Part shown: piece by piece, positions 45,918 to 54,933 of the stretch
How the letters are laid out: each line of letters starts with the position of its first letter
Position numbering within the stretch: the stretch's first letter is position 1
Source: a virus
Length of the DNA stretch: 64,000 bases
IMG/VR virus record: IMGVR_UViG_3300025133_005514
Location: 1-64,000 of that record
Strand: one strand, 5' to 3'
Notes under the pieces: generated by a model
Told to the model about the DNA's origin: nothing
The model's database searches: none
Seen by the model: only the letters and a program-made list of their open reading frames with translations
Program-made: the position numbers and the translations under genes

Positions 45918-47144
45918 ATGATCCGTTCTGAGATCCGAACAGCCCTCCAGCGCAGACGCTCTGATTACAGCCACACAGCTGCACAGCTGAACGACTGGAT
46001 CGACCAAACCGAGCGGGACATGTACTCGCGCCGGGCATGGTCCTTTCTCCGCAGAGAGGTCACCCTCGCCTGCCACCCTAAGGACGACACCTCCTACACT
46101 GCCGCAGTGGTGGGCTCCATCACGAACCAGGGGACCACGTTCACCATTACCGCAGCCAACGTGTCCCCAACCACCTGGGGCAAGCGGCTGCTGATTGATG
46201 GACGCATCTACCGGGTTGTGAACATCCGAACCAGCGGCTCCAACCGGGTGTGCCGGATTGACCGGCCCTTCGAGTCGGCGACCGACAGCTACGCCGCAAC
46301 CATCATCTACGACGAGGTGGCACTGCCGGCGGACTGCGAGTCCCTAATGCACGTCACCCTGGTGAACGCCAACGCTTCACCTCTGAACATCACGTCCATC
46401 GCTCCCCAGCAGATGGCCTTCGGGGACAAGGATGTATTTGGTCAGCCGACCACCTGTTCCATCGTGCGACGTCAGCCCATCCCGGCCCCGCTCGCAGCGC
46501 CCACCCTGGCGGATGACGCCACGGGCTCAACCCCCGCTGCCGGCGTCTACACCTACTGGGTCGCCTACCGGGACCACCAGACCGGCGCTGTCTCCGCGTT
46601 GTCGCCCTCAGGGTCGGTCACGGCTGCTGGGGGCCAGGTGGACGTTACGCACGCTGGACGGCAGGATTTCTACCTGAACTTGTACCGGTCCCGCGCCGGA
46701 GGCTCTGTCCCCTACCTGGTGACCGAGTACAACGAGACGGCGCTGTCCACAGAGGCTGACGTCGTTGCGAACGAGGAGCTTCGTGGCAGGGCCCACGAGG
46801 GTGGCACCTCGGTGTGGATGGGGCTGTACCCGGCCCCCGACTCCACCTACGCCTTGAACATCATCTACCAGGCTGAGGGCAAGCCTCAGAGCGAGGACGA
46901 CCAGGTCCCTCTGTTCGGGCCGAGCTTCTGCTCTGTTCTGTTGGACGGGGCTGAGATGATGATGCTGTCGGCTCACGACGAGCAGGGGCGGGCCCAGTCC
47001 GCTCAGCAGCGGTACGAGCTAGGCATCCAGCGGATGATTGCCCGCGACCGCTCGGACAAGCACCACACCGCAGTGATTGGCGGTAGGTCCAGGGTGCGGG
47101 GACGCCAGACTGCGTGGTACGGCGCAGTCCTGCCGGAGGTCTAA
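45918..47144 (+). CDS. head-tail adaptor (podovirus type) with inserted beta domains
   Basis: LNDWID...RRAWSFL, LPADC, GQPT, LYPAPDSTY, helical C-terminus. Confidence 0.75.
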   Translation: MIRSEIRTALQRRRSDYSHTAAQLNDWIDQTERDMYSRRAWSFLRREVTLACHPKDDTSYTAAVVGSITNQGTTFTITAANVSPTTWGKRLLIDGRIYRVVNIRTSGSNRVCRIDRPFESATDSYAATIIYDEVALPADCESLMHVTLVNANASPLNITSIAPQQMAFGDKDVFGQPTTCSIVRRQPIPAPLAAPTLADDATGSTPAAGVYTYWVAYRDHQTGAVSALSPSGSVTAAGGQVDVTHAGRQDFYLNLYRSRAGGSVPYLVTEYNETALSTEADVVANEELRGRAHEGGTSVWMGLYPAPDSTYALNIIYQAEGKPQSEDDQVPLFGPSFCSVLLDGAEMMMLSAHDEQGRAQSAQQRYELGIQRMIARDRSDKHHTAVIGGRSRVRGRQTAWYGAVLPEV

Positions 47145-49133
47145 GTGGCCAAGGCCAAGGGCAAGAGTCAGGTTTTTGAAGCCCTCAACCTTGGCATCGA
47201 CACCCGTGTCTTCCAGCCGGAAGGCAGGGCGTCGGACGCTCAGGGCGTTGTGTTCTCCCAGAATGGGGAACTGGTCAAGGCCAGGGGGATTCAGCCGTTC
47301 GTAGGGACCTGGGACACCACCCCGAACCCCTTCACCACCAACCCGGTGGTTGGGCTGGGCGTCTTCAATCACCACGGCCAGACCGACATCCTGGTGAACT
47401 ACGACGACACCATCGCCGTGCTTCGGCAGGACGGGCTCACCTCCGGGACGTACACCAGCGTCAGCGGCAGGTTTGTGGCGACCAGGCCCCGGGACGCCCA
47501 CCGCTTCATTCAGTCCGGCGACATCTGCATCATCACCAACGGCATGGACGAGAACCTGAAGTGGGACGGAGAGAAGTTCACCCCGCTGGGCATCTCGGCC
47601 ACACCCCCTCCGCCCTCGGTCATTACCGACGCTGACGGCAAGCTCTGGACCGGCGGCGACCGCACGGGCGAGTTCTGGGAGGGGCGGTACATAGAGGGCA
47701 ACATCGACGCCAACACCAAGTACCTGTACCGGCTGACCTGGGTGAACGACAAGGGCCAGGAGTCCGAGGGCGGGAACGAGAGCAACGCGGCGATCGACGG
47801 GGCTGAGGACGACGTCACGCCGGGTGACGAGGTTTCCCACCACGTCATCCTGGTGGCGGAGCTAGCTTCTACCCCTCCCACAGCGGACATCGTCGGCCGA
47901 GCCCTCTACCGGAGCACCGACTCTGGGCAGACCTGGTCGTTCATCGCGTACCTGCCGGGCACCTCCACCAACCACTACTGGGACTACACCCAGCCCGGGA
48001 CAGAGGCCCCCCTCCTCCTGCCCATCGCCGGAACGAACAAGCCGCCCCCGGTGGTGAAGTGGGCGTTCCCGTTCCGTACTCGCACCTACTACGGCGGGGA
48101 CGTGGACAACCCCACGCTCCTGTTCTACTCCCGGCAGGACGGGATGAAGGAGGCTGTCTCTGCGGCCAACTTCATCGACACAGGCGGCAGCGATGGCGAG
48201 TCCATCTCAGGCTGGGCCCTAGCCCGGGACTTCGCACTTATCTTCCGGCAGCGCAGCATCTTCATGCTGACGCACGACAAGTCCGAACTGCCCATCCTGA
48301 CGCCGATTTACCACGGTGCTGGAGCGGTCTCTGACCGGGCCATCGCGACCTTCGACGGCAAGGTCTACTTCATGTCGGAGGACGGCATCTACGTCACCGA
48401 CGGAAGCAAGACCAGCCGCATGAGTGCTGAGTTGGACAAGAAGGTTCAGCGGCTGCCACGAGCCACCCTTGCCGACACGGTCGCCTGGACAGACACCCGC
48501 AACCGGATGGTCATGTTCAGCGTGTGCCCGGGACCCGGCGTGGAGAACTCTGAGGTGTGGGCCATCTACACCGACACAGGGGCCTTCACCCGCCTCACCG
48601 ACATGGGTGTGTACTCAGCCATCCACTACCGCGAGGAGACGCTCGTCGGCTTCGACAGCGACCTACCCTACCCGCTCAACGACGTTGGGATGTGGGACGT
48701 TCAGGGGACGGTCAGGGCTGACGGTTACCCCGGAGCCTTTGAAACACGGTGGCTGACGCTGGGGGACCCCGAGGCTGGCAAGGATGTCTGGCGGGTTGAC
48801 GTCATCTACGTCCAGACCGGCGACATCACCATGACCGTGGGGTGGTCCACGGACTGGGACGACCGTACCACCGCCGGGACCGACACCCTCGACCTCGCTG
48901 ACGCTGACGCGACCATCTGGAACGAGGGCAGCTGGGGCACCGGCACCTGGGACAAGGCCAGGGTTCGCATCGCACGGGTGGACGTGACCGACGCCTTCGA
49001 TATCAAGTGCATCCGCTTCAAGCTCTCCACACCCACCTCAACCAAGGGCTCCACCCCCTTCCGGCTGGTTGCCCTCCGCATCCACTACGCCGACCACGGC
49101 ATCCGGGACTACGGAACGGACCTGCCGACATGA
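47145..49133 (+). CDS. tail nozzle / DNA stabilisation protein (P22 gp10 / T7 gp12-like beta-propeller)
   Basis: ITNG.D..LKWDG, LFYS, LIFRQRSI, GAVS..AI, YFMSEDGIY..DG, FETRW; follows the adaptor. Confidence 0.8.
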   Translation: MAKAKGKSQVFEALNLGIDTRVFQPEGRASDAQGVVFSQNGELVKARGIQPFVGTWDTTPNPFTTNPVVGLGVFNHHGQTDILVNYDDTIAVLRQDGLTSGTYTSVSGRFVATRPRDAHRFIQSGDICIITNGMDENLKWDGEKFTPLGISATPPPPSVITDADGKLWTGGDRTGEFWEGRYIEGNIDANTKYLYRLTWVNDKGQESEGGNESNAAIDGAEDDVTPGDEVSHHVILVAELASTPPTADIVGRALYRSTDSGQTWSFIAYLPGTSTNHYWDYTQPGTEAPLLLPIAGTNKPPPVVKWAFPFRTRTYYGGDVDNPTLLFYSRQDGMKEAVSAANFIDTGGSDGESISGWALARDFALIFRQRSIFMLTHDKSELPILTPIYHGAGAVSDRAIATFDGKVYFMSEDGIYVTDGSKTSRMSAELDKKVQRLPRATLADTVAWTDTRNRMVMFSVCPGPGVENSEVWAIYTDTGAFTRLTDMGVYSAIHYREETLVGFDSDLPYPLNDVGMWDVQGTVRADGYPGAFETRWLTLGDPEAGKDVWRVDVIYVQTGDITMTVGWSTDWDDRTTAGTDTLDLADADATIWNEGSWGTGTWDKARVRIARVDVTDAFDIKCIRFKLSTPTSTKGSTPFRLVALRIHYADHGIRDYGTDLPT

Positions 49134-49327
49134 TGCAGAAGTTGCTGGAGCGGGCCGAAACGGCCATCGCAGAACTGGACCTCGGGGTCAGGTACTCGCT
49201 GTTCGCCACGGAGCCCCTCATCCCGTTGAACCAGGCCCTGGCCCAGACGGGCGGGGCTAGGATGACGGAGCTAGACGAAGGGCAGCTGGCAAGGGCTGTG
49301 CGGTTCCTGGAGGGCGAGGTCGAATGA
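49130..49327 (+). CDS. hypothetical protein
   Basis: ATGA coupled on both sides. Confidence 0.55.
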   Translation: MMQKLLERAETAIAELDLGVRYSLFATEPLIPLNQALAQTGGARMTELDEGQLARAVRFLEGEVE

Positions 49328-49899
49328 GGTACGTCCGCAAAGAGGTGTTCAGCGACGACATGCTCGGCGACGCCGACGCCTTGATGCGCGAGTTCTACAG
49401 GGCGCAGGGAGCCATCCACGACATCGATCAGGACATGATTGCCGACACCGTCGTCAACCCGGGACACCTGGTCCGCCCCTCCGCGTCGCTCCGTGGGGCC
49501 ACGGTCACGCACGACTCGGGAGGCAGCCTCCTGGCCGTACAGACCAACGCGCTGACCATCTCTTCGGTGGAGACAACCTGGGTCTCCAACGCCACCCCCG
49601 TCTCGTTCACCTCCTACGCTCAGGGGAGGTTTCGGGTGATTGCTGACGGCCAGTACAGCGGAGGTGTGGGACCCGCCAAGTTCGACGTGCGAGTCATCGT
49701 GGACGGCAGGCCGGGCAGGGTTGTGACCTTCAGCCTTCCCGACTTCGGGGCAGCGGCTCCCGACTGCGGGTTCTTCATCGACGACAGCTTCCTGCTCACG
49801 CCAGGGGCGCACGAAGCCTACGTCCAGGTAAGGGAGCGGTCGGCTGCTGCCGGGTCTGTCAGCGAGGTTGACCTCTACGTGATTGGGATCGTCCGATGA
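49324..49899 (+). CDS. short tail appendage-like protein 1
   Basis: N-terminal attachment-like motif and beta-rich C-terminal domain. Confidence 0.6.
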   Translation: MRYVRKEVFSDDMLGDADALMREFYRAQGAIHDIDQDMIADTVVNPGHLVRPSASLRGATVTHDSGGSLLAVQTNALTISSVETTWVSNATPVSFTSYAQGRFRVIADGQYSGGVGPAKFDVRVIVDGRPGRVVTFSLPDFGAAAPDCGFFIDDSFLLTPGAHEAYVQVRERSAAAGSVSEVDLYVIGIVR

Positions 49900-50420
49900 C
49901 CTACCCGCTCACCAACGACATCAAGCCCGGGGATGCGCTCACGGCTTCGGACCTGGACACCAATTTCGACGACATGTTCACGATGACGGATAGCATCCAG
50001 ACCCACCAGTTCCGTCCCGGGTCTGTGGTGTACCGGACTGTGTCTGTTGCGGTGGACGCTTACAAAACCATCCAGCAGGTAGACCAGGGCGCGGGGACCA
50101 TCACTGCGGCTGGCTTCGTAACTGCCGACACAGCCTTCGACCTGTTCGACGGTGAGGGCGTTCTGGTCATCGCCAGGGCCAGGATTAAGGCTTCGGGGGC
50201 CTCCTCAAACTGCACCCTGGGCATCACGGTAGCCGGGGCCAGCGTCACCTCCAGGCTGTGGTCGTTCGCCGCCAACACCATCATGACCGGCACCATCGGC
50301 TGGTACTACGAGTTCGTGGACGCCACAGCCAACCACGAGAACATCCGGCTTGAGGTGGTTAGCGGGTCCGCCTTCGAAGTTACGAGTGGAACAATCACCG
50401 TCATGGGCGTGAACCGATGA
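49896..50420 (+). CDS. short tail appendage-like protein 2
   Basis: PGDALTASDLDTNFDDM N-terminus; beta-rich C-terminal domain. Confidence 0.6.
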   Translation: MTYPLTNDIKPGDALTASDLDTNFDDMFTMTDSIQTHQFRPGSVVYRTVSVAVDAYKTIQQVDQGAGTITAAGFVTADTAFDLFDGEGVLVIARARIKASGASSNCTLGITVAGASVTSRLWSFAANTIMTGTIGWYYEFVDATANHENIRLEVVSGSAFEVTSGTITVMGVNR

Positions 50421-51088
50421 GTAGCTACTCAACGCCAGCCCTGGGAGCCACGTTCGACCCGGCCGAGGTCCAGAGCCTGTTCGACGACTTCGAAACAGCG
50501 ATCAACGACCTCGATGCGAACAACTTCGCCAAGTCCACGAACATCTCGTTCAGGGAGATTCACCCCGGGGCACTGGTGAAGGAGCACGTCTCGGAAGGAG
50601 AGGGGGCGGCCGTTATGTTGGCGACGGTCCCGGGGACCACCACAGCCAGCCCGTTCCCCGACCACGGGGGCGACTTCGATATCCCCGACACGGGAATCTC
50701 CTTCTTCGCGGACGAGGTGACCAACTGCGAATGGGAGTCGGTTGTCTCTGTTGAGAAGGTCCGAACAGACGGCCTGTGGGACGACGCAACAGCCCCAGGG
50801 ACGGTGACGCTGAACGCTGTGTTGAGCGTCTATCTCAACGGAACAGTGATCAACACACCCAACCTCACGGTCTCAAACAACTACATTGAACTCACGGTGC
50901 CTGATCACGCCGGGTTTACACTTCAGGCTCAGGGCGTGGCCACCCTGGTCGAGGGCTTGAACACATTCCACGCCACCCTAAGTCTGTCAGGGACAACTAC
51001 CGGGAACACCCCCACGGGTAAGGACGACTACTTTGTTCAGTTCTTGGTATTGGGTAGGCTGAATCGCGTCACGGTGGTTCGGAGGTAA
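50417..51088 (+). CDS. short tail appendage-like protein 3
   Basis: GATFDPAEVQSLFDDFETAINDLDANNF; beta-rich C-terminal domain. Confidence 0.6.
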   Translation: MSSYSTPALGATFDPAEVQSLFDDFETAINDLDANNFAKSTNISFREIHPGALVKEHVSEGEGAAVMLATVPGTTTASPFPDHGGDFDIPDTGISFFADEVTNCEWESVVSVEKVRTDGLWDDATAPGTVTLNAVLSVYLNGTVINTPNLTVSNNYIELTVPDHAGFTLQAQGVATLVEGLNTFHATLSLSGTTTGNTPTGKDDYFVQFLVLGRLNRVTVVRR

Positions 51089-51091
51089 CTA

Positions 51092-51694
51092 ATGGCTGCT
51101 TGGGGCATGAGTAAGGAACTAAGCTCCGCGTTCGGCCCCAGTGCCGACCGTGGCTTCAACCCGCAGGACGAAGACCTCCTTCGTCGTGAGTCTGTGGCTC
51201 GGGAGGTTGGGCGAAACCAGCTTCTCCAGGGCGCAGAGGCCCGACGAGGTGCCCCGGTAGCCATGCCGGGGATGGTTCGCGGGGCCGACCTCCAGCGGCA
51301 GAACTCCTTCCAGGCATCCCTCGCTGGCGCGATGGCTGGCGTTGGCCACCGGGCCGCATCAGCCCGGACGCAGCAGATGTTGCAAGACCGAGCCGCCTTC
51401 GTGGACGCCAAGCTCCGGGAGCGGCGGGCCTACGAGATGGCGTTGGCCCAGGCCCAGCAGCGAGCGGCTCAGTACGTCGGCGCTGTGGGGCGTCGAACGG
51501 TCGGAGGAGTCCGGGACTACATGTACGAGAACCCGCCCGAGGGCCACTCCTCCATGCCGGACGGCCGGTGGGTCAGGACCCCCACTGTAACGCCGGAGGG
51601 AACCTCCGAGGAAATCTGGGGACCGTCCAACCAGTACCCGGCCTCCATCCAGAGAACGGACGAGGAGTTGAGGACGCTTTGGGGAGGTGAGTAA
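51092..51694 (+). CDS. probable ejection / internal virion protein
   Basis: A/Q/G/R-rich helical protein at the podovirus ejection-gene position. Confidence 0.6.
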   Translation: MAAWGMSKELSSAFGPSADRGFNPQDEDLLRRESVAREVGRNQLLQGAEARRGAPVAMPGMVRGADLQRQNSFQASLAGAMAGVGHRAASARTQQMLQDRAAFVDAKLRERRAYEMALAQAQQRAAQYVGAVGRRTVGGVRDYMYENPPEGHSSMPDGRWVRTPTVTPEGTSEEIWGPSNQYPASIQRTDEELRTLWGGE

Positions 51695-52494
51695 TGGGCG
51701 CGAACCAGCAAGTCACCAGGGAGTACGCCTGGAGAGCTTCGGACCCCGAGCAGGGCGGGACCTTTGCCGGCGCGTTGCACAACGCCGAAACCGGAGCCTA
51801 CCTAGCTGACCCTCAGCAAATTTACGACTGGTACGTCCGGCCAGAGCTTCAGTCTGAGTACCGACGGGCCCTCAGCGCTGGCCAAGGTCTGCACGAGAAT
51901 GCCATGAAGGCGGCCAGGTTCCAGAACCAGAAACGATCCGGCTCTCTCGGGATTGGCGGGGCAGCGAGCGCAGCGCTTGAGGCTGGGTTTGATGATGAGG
52001 CAGGGCGACGGCTCTCAGACGCTAAGACCCAGGCGCGAGGTCAGTTTGAGACCTGGTTGTCCGACCCGGCGCGGCTCTCCAAGCTGCGCGAGTACGAGTC
52101 CAGGGTGTACGAAGGTTTGAACCGCAAGGAGCGCGAGGCCAGGTCCATCAACCAGGGCATCTCCCTCGCCGGGAACACCATCGGCGGTATCTTCTCCGCC
52201 ATCCCGGGCCTCAACCTCATCGGCTCCGGCATCCAGATGGGCGAAGCTCTGCGTACCGGCATCACCTCAGCGGTCATTGACTCTGAGGCTAGAAAGGGCA
52301 GGCGGCAAGCTAGCCGCAGGCTTTCAGGCGACCTGAAGCAGGCTGACTTCAAGTTCGGCAACATTGGCTCGGGCCCCCAGGGTTACAACCTCCAGACATC
52401 TGGAGCGGCAACCCCGCGCAAGGCGAGCAGCTTGTTCAAGGATGACTTCGAAGAGGCGCTCCCGGGCTCCCAGAACCTGTACGGCGGCTACTAG
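51694..52494 (+). CDS. probable ejection / internal virion protein
   Basis: Gly-rich amphipathic segment GNTIGGIFSAIPGLNLIGSG. Confidence 0.6.
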   Translation: MGANQQVTREYAWRASDPEQGGTFAGALHNAETGAYLADPQQIYDWYVRPELQSEYRRALSAGQGLHENAMKAARFQNQKRSGSLGIGGAASAALEAGFDDEAGRRLSDAKTQARGQFETWLSDPARLSKLREYESRVYEGLNRKEREARSINQGISLAGNTIGGIFSAIPGLNLIGSGIQMGEALRTGITSAVIDSEARKGRRQASRRLSGDLKQADFKFGNIGSGPQGYNLQTSGAATPRKASSLFKDDFEEALPGSQNLYGGY

Positions 52495-54933
52495 ATGGGC
52501 AACTTCTACGGAGACGGAGCCAGCAAGTACGGCCCCTCGCTGGGCGCAGGCGGTGCCTTTGAGGGTGCCCTGAGCGGCATCGCTTTCGGCGAGCGGCTGA
52601 TCGAGGCCGAGCTTCGTCGCAAGGCCATGCGCCAGAAGATGGTCCAGGACCAGCAGCGCCTCGGCTACGAGCACGACCGTCTCATCATGGAGAAGGAGAA
52701 GCAGGACATGCTCCTCGCTTCCCTCGTGGGAGGGGCGGGGCAGCCTGACGCCTTGGACCAGATTCTGGGACAGTCGGGAGGCGGCGGAGGCGGCCGTTCG
52801 GGTGGTAAGCGAACCATTCAGGGCCGTGGTGGCTCTGCCGGCTCAGACGGATGGGTTGACTCCCGCACCGGACTAGAGCGTGGCGCTCCCACCCCGGAGG
52901 AGGTTGGGCGCAGGGCCGAGGCCCAGCACACCCTCTCCACCGTCGGGCACGGTGAAGACATGCGCGTTCCGCGTATGGAGCGGGACCGAATCACTGCCGG
53001 CGAGGCCGAAGTTCGGAACCGTGAGCTTGAGGAAGCCTTGGCGGCTAGGGACGCTTTCCAGCCCCGGAGCAAGGACTACTTGAGCGAAGAAGACAAGCTG
53101 TGGCGTAACGCCGACACGGCCGAAGCCCCCCGCTCCTACGAGGAGGCGGTGGCTGGCTCTGGGTACGGCGTTGCTGGTGAGTCTGTCCGAGGTGGCGGGC
53201 TTGAGGGGGAGCGCGTCCCGATGTCGGACGACGCTCTCCGCGACGCAGCGCTTCTGCTCGCCGAGGCTGAAGCCAACCGAGAGAGCGAGCTTGCCACTGC
53301 CGTTGCGGCCGAAGGCCAGATCCCAATCAAGGAGGACCAGCCGGTCGCCTCAGCTGGTGGCAGAGCCCGCGACGCCAAGCACGAGGAACTCATGGCGACC
53401 ATCGCGGCCGACGACTTCGACCCCTACCGCCTGGAGGGCGAGAACCAGCCCATGTCACCGCTGGGCGAAGCTCTGTACGAGGGGCAGCTGGCTGCTGGTG
53501 CGGCCGGACGGCCCAGGTCCGCAGACCCGCAGACGGAGATTCAGAAGGCCCTCGGCCACCGCAACGTGGGTGCCGAGAAGCTCGGGTACGAGCCCTCCAA
53601 GGTCTTGTCGCAGGGCGAGATTGCGATGCTGAAGATTCCCCGCGTCGCCAAGATGTTCGGCCTCCGCCCGGACGAGGTTGACGGCCTGATTCAGGACAAC
53701 GACGCCTTCCGCACTGCGCTGTCTCGTGACATTGCCGAGCAGGAAATCCCCGAAGATCGTAGCGAGCGACTCACCGTCTTCAGGAACCTGATTGAACAGG
53801 TCAACGTGGACCCGAAGACGGGCAAGCCCCGCATGTCGGACGAACAGATGGACCGGTTCGCCGAGGGGTTGATGAACGCCCCGACCGAGGTGGCCAACAA
53901 GGCCATCAAGAGCCTGGAGACCACCGTGGGCACCCTGGAGAAGGCCCTCGCCAACGTCCAGGTGTCGATCAACCCGAACGAGCGGGCCCGCATTGCGAAG
54001 GACATGTTTGGGGAGACGGTCCGAGAAATGCGGACCTACGCCGCCGAGATGACGGACCTGGACCAGAAGCTGGCAGACCCGACGATCAGCGCAGAGGACA
54101 AGGCAGAAATTCGGGGCAGACTCGTTACGCTTCAGGACAAGTACGACAAGGCTGAAGCCTCCCGCATCGGCCTTGAGGCTCTCGCCTACAGCCTCCTCGG
54201 CGGCAAGGTGCCCACCGGGTACTTCGACGTGTCGGACGACGGTGGGGATGGCGACGCCGGCGATGGCCGAACCCTGAACGACGAAACCTTCGGAGCCGTC
54301 ACGGAGCAGGAGGCTGGGTTCATTCGTCGAGCCCGAGCCGGAGACTTCTCTGACGAGCAGATCCAGGCGGAACTCAGCAAGAAGCGCGGTGAGGCCGTCG
54401 AAATCATCGTGCCCCCCGAACTGAGCGACGCGGAGATTGAGGCGATGCCGAAGGCTGAACGTCCCGCCGGACGCAAGCTGCCGGAGTCCTACACGGCTCC
54501 CCAGCCGACGCCACCGGAGGAGACCGTCATCGGCAAGACCAGGGCCAGTCTGGTTGACCGACACAAGCCGACCGTGACACGTCGCAAGGCGGAGCTTCCG
54601 GTTCTCTCGGAGCGGCTCCAGGGTGCAGCAGCTAGCTCCAACGTGGAGGAGGCTCGGTCGGTTGAGATGGCGGCGGCCGACGCCCTGACGGAACTTCAGC
54701 GAATCCAGGGCGAGGCGATGCGTACCACCGGCCTGCCGTTCACGGGCGATCTGTCCAAGTCGATCGGGGAAGCCCGAGACCTGCTGGAGCGAGCCAGGCG
54801 AACCAGGGAGGCCCTGGGTGGCGGCGATATGGGTGCCGTCAGGTCGGGGGATGACGACCCGCTCCCGTTCGGCGAGGACCTGGAGCGAGCGGCCAAGGGC
54901 GTCCTCCCTGACTTCATGGTGCCGGACCTGTAG
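52495..54933 (+). CDS. large helical probable ejection protein (812 aa)
   Basis: GAFEGALSGIAFG plus coiled-coil N-terminus; precedes the giant ORF. Confidence 0.65.
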   Translation: MGNFYGDGASKYGPSLGAGGAFEGALSGIAFGERLIEAELRRKAMRQKMVQDQQRLGYEHDRLIMEKEKQDMLLASLVGGAGQPDALDQILGQSGGGGGGRSGGKRTIQGRGGSAGSDGWVDSRTGLERGAPTPEEVGRRAEAQHTLSTVGHGEDMRVPRMERDRITAGEAEVRNRELEEALAARDAFQPRSKDYLSEEDKLWRNADTAEAPRSYEEAVAGSGYGVAGESVRGGGLEGERVPMSDDALRDAALLLAEAEANRESELATAVAAEGQIPIKEDQPVASAGGRARDAKHEELMATIAADDFDPYRLEGENQPMSPLGEALYEGQLAAGAAGRPRSADPQTEIQKALGHRNVGAEKLGYEPSKVLSQGEIAMLKIPRVAKMFGLRPDEVDGLIQDNDAFRTALSRDIAEQEIPEDRSERLTVFRNLIEQVNVDPKTGKPRMSDEQMDRFAEGLMNAPTEVANKAIKSLETTVGTLEKALANVQVSINPNERARIAKDMFGETVREMRTYAAEMTDLDQKLADPTISAEDKAEIRGRLVTLQDKYDKAEASRIGLEALAYSLLGGKVPTGYFDVSDDGGDGDAGDGRTLNDETFGAVTEQEAGFIRRARAGDFSDEQIQAELSKKRGEAVEIIVPPELSDAEIEAMPKAERPAGRKLPESYTAPQPTPPEETVIGKTRASLVDRHKPTVTRRKAELPVLSERLQGAAASSNVEEARSVEMAAADALTELQRIQGEAMRTTGLPFTGDLSKSIGEARDLLERARRTREALGGGDMGAVRSGDDDPLPFGEDLERAAKGVLPDFMVPDL

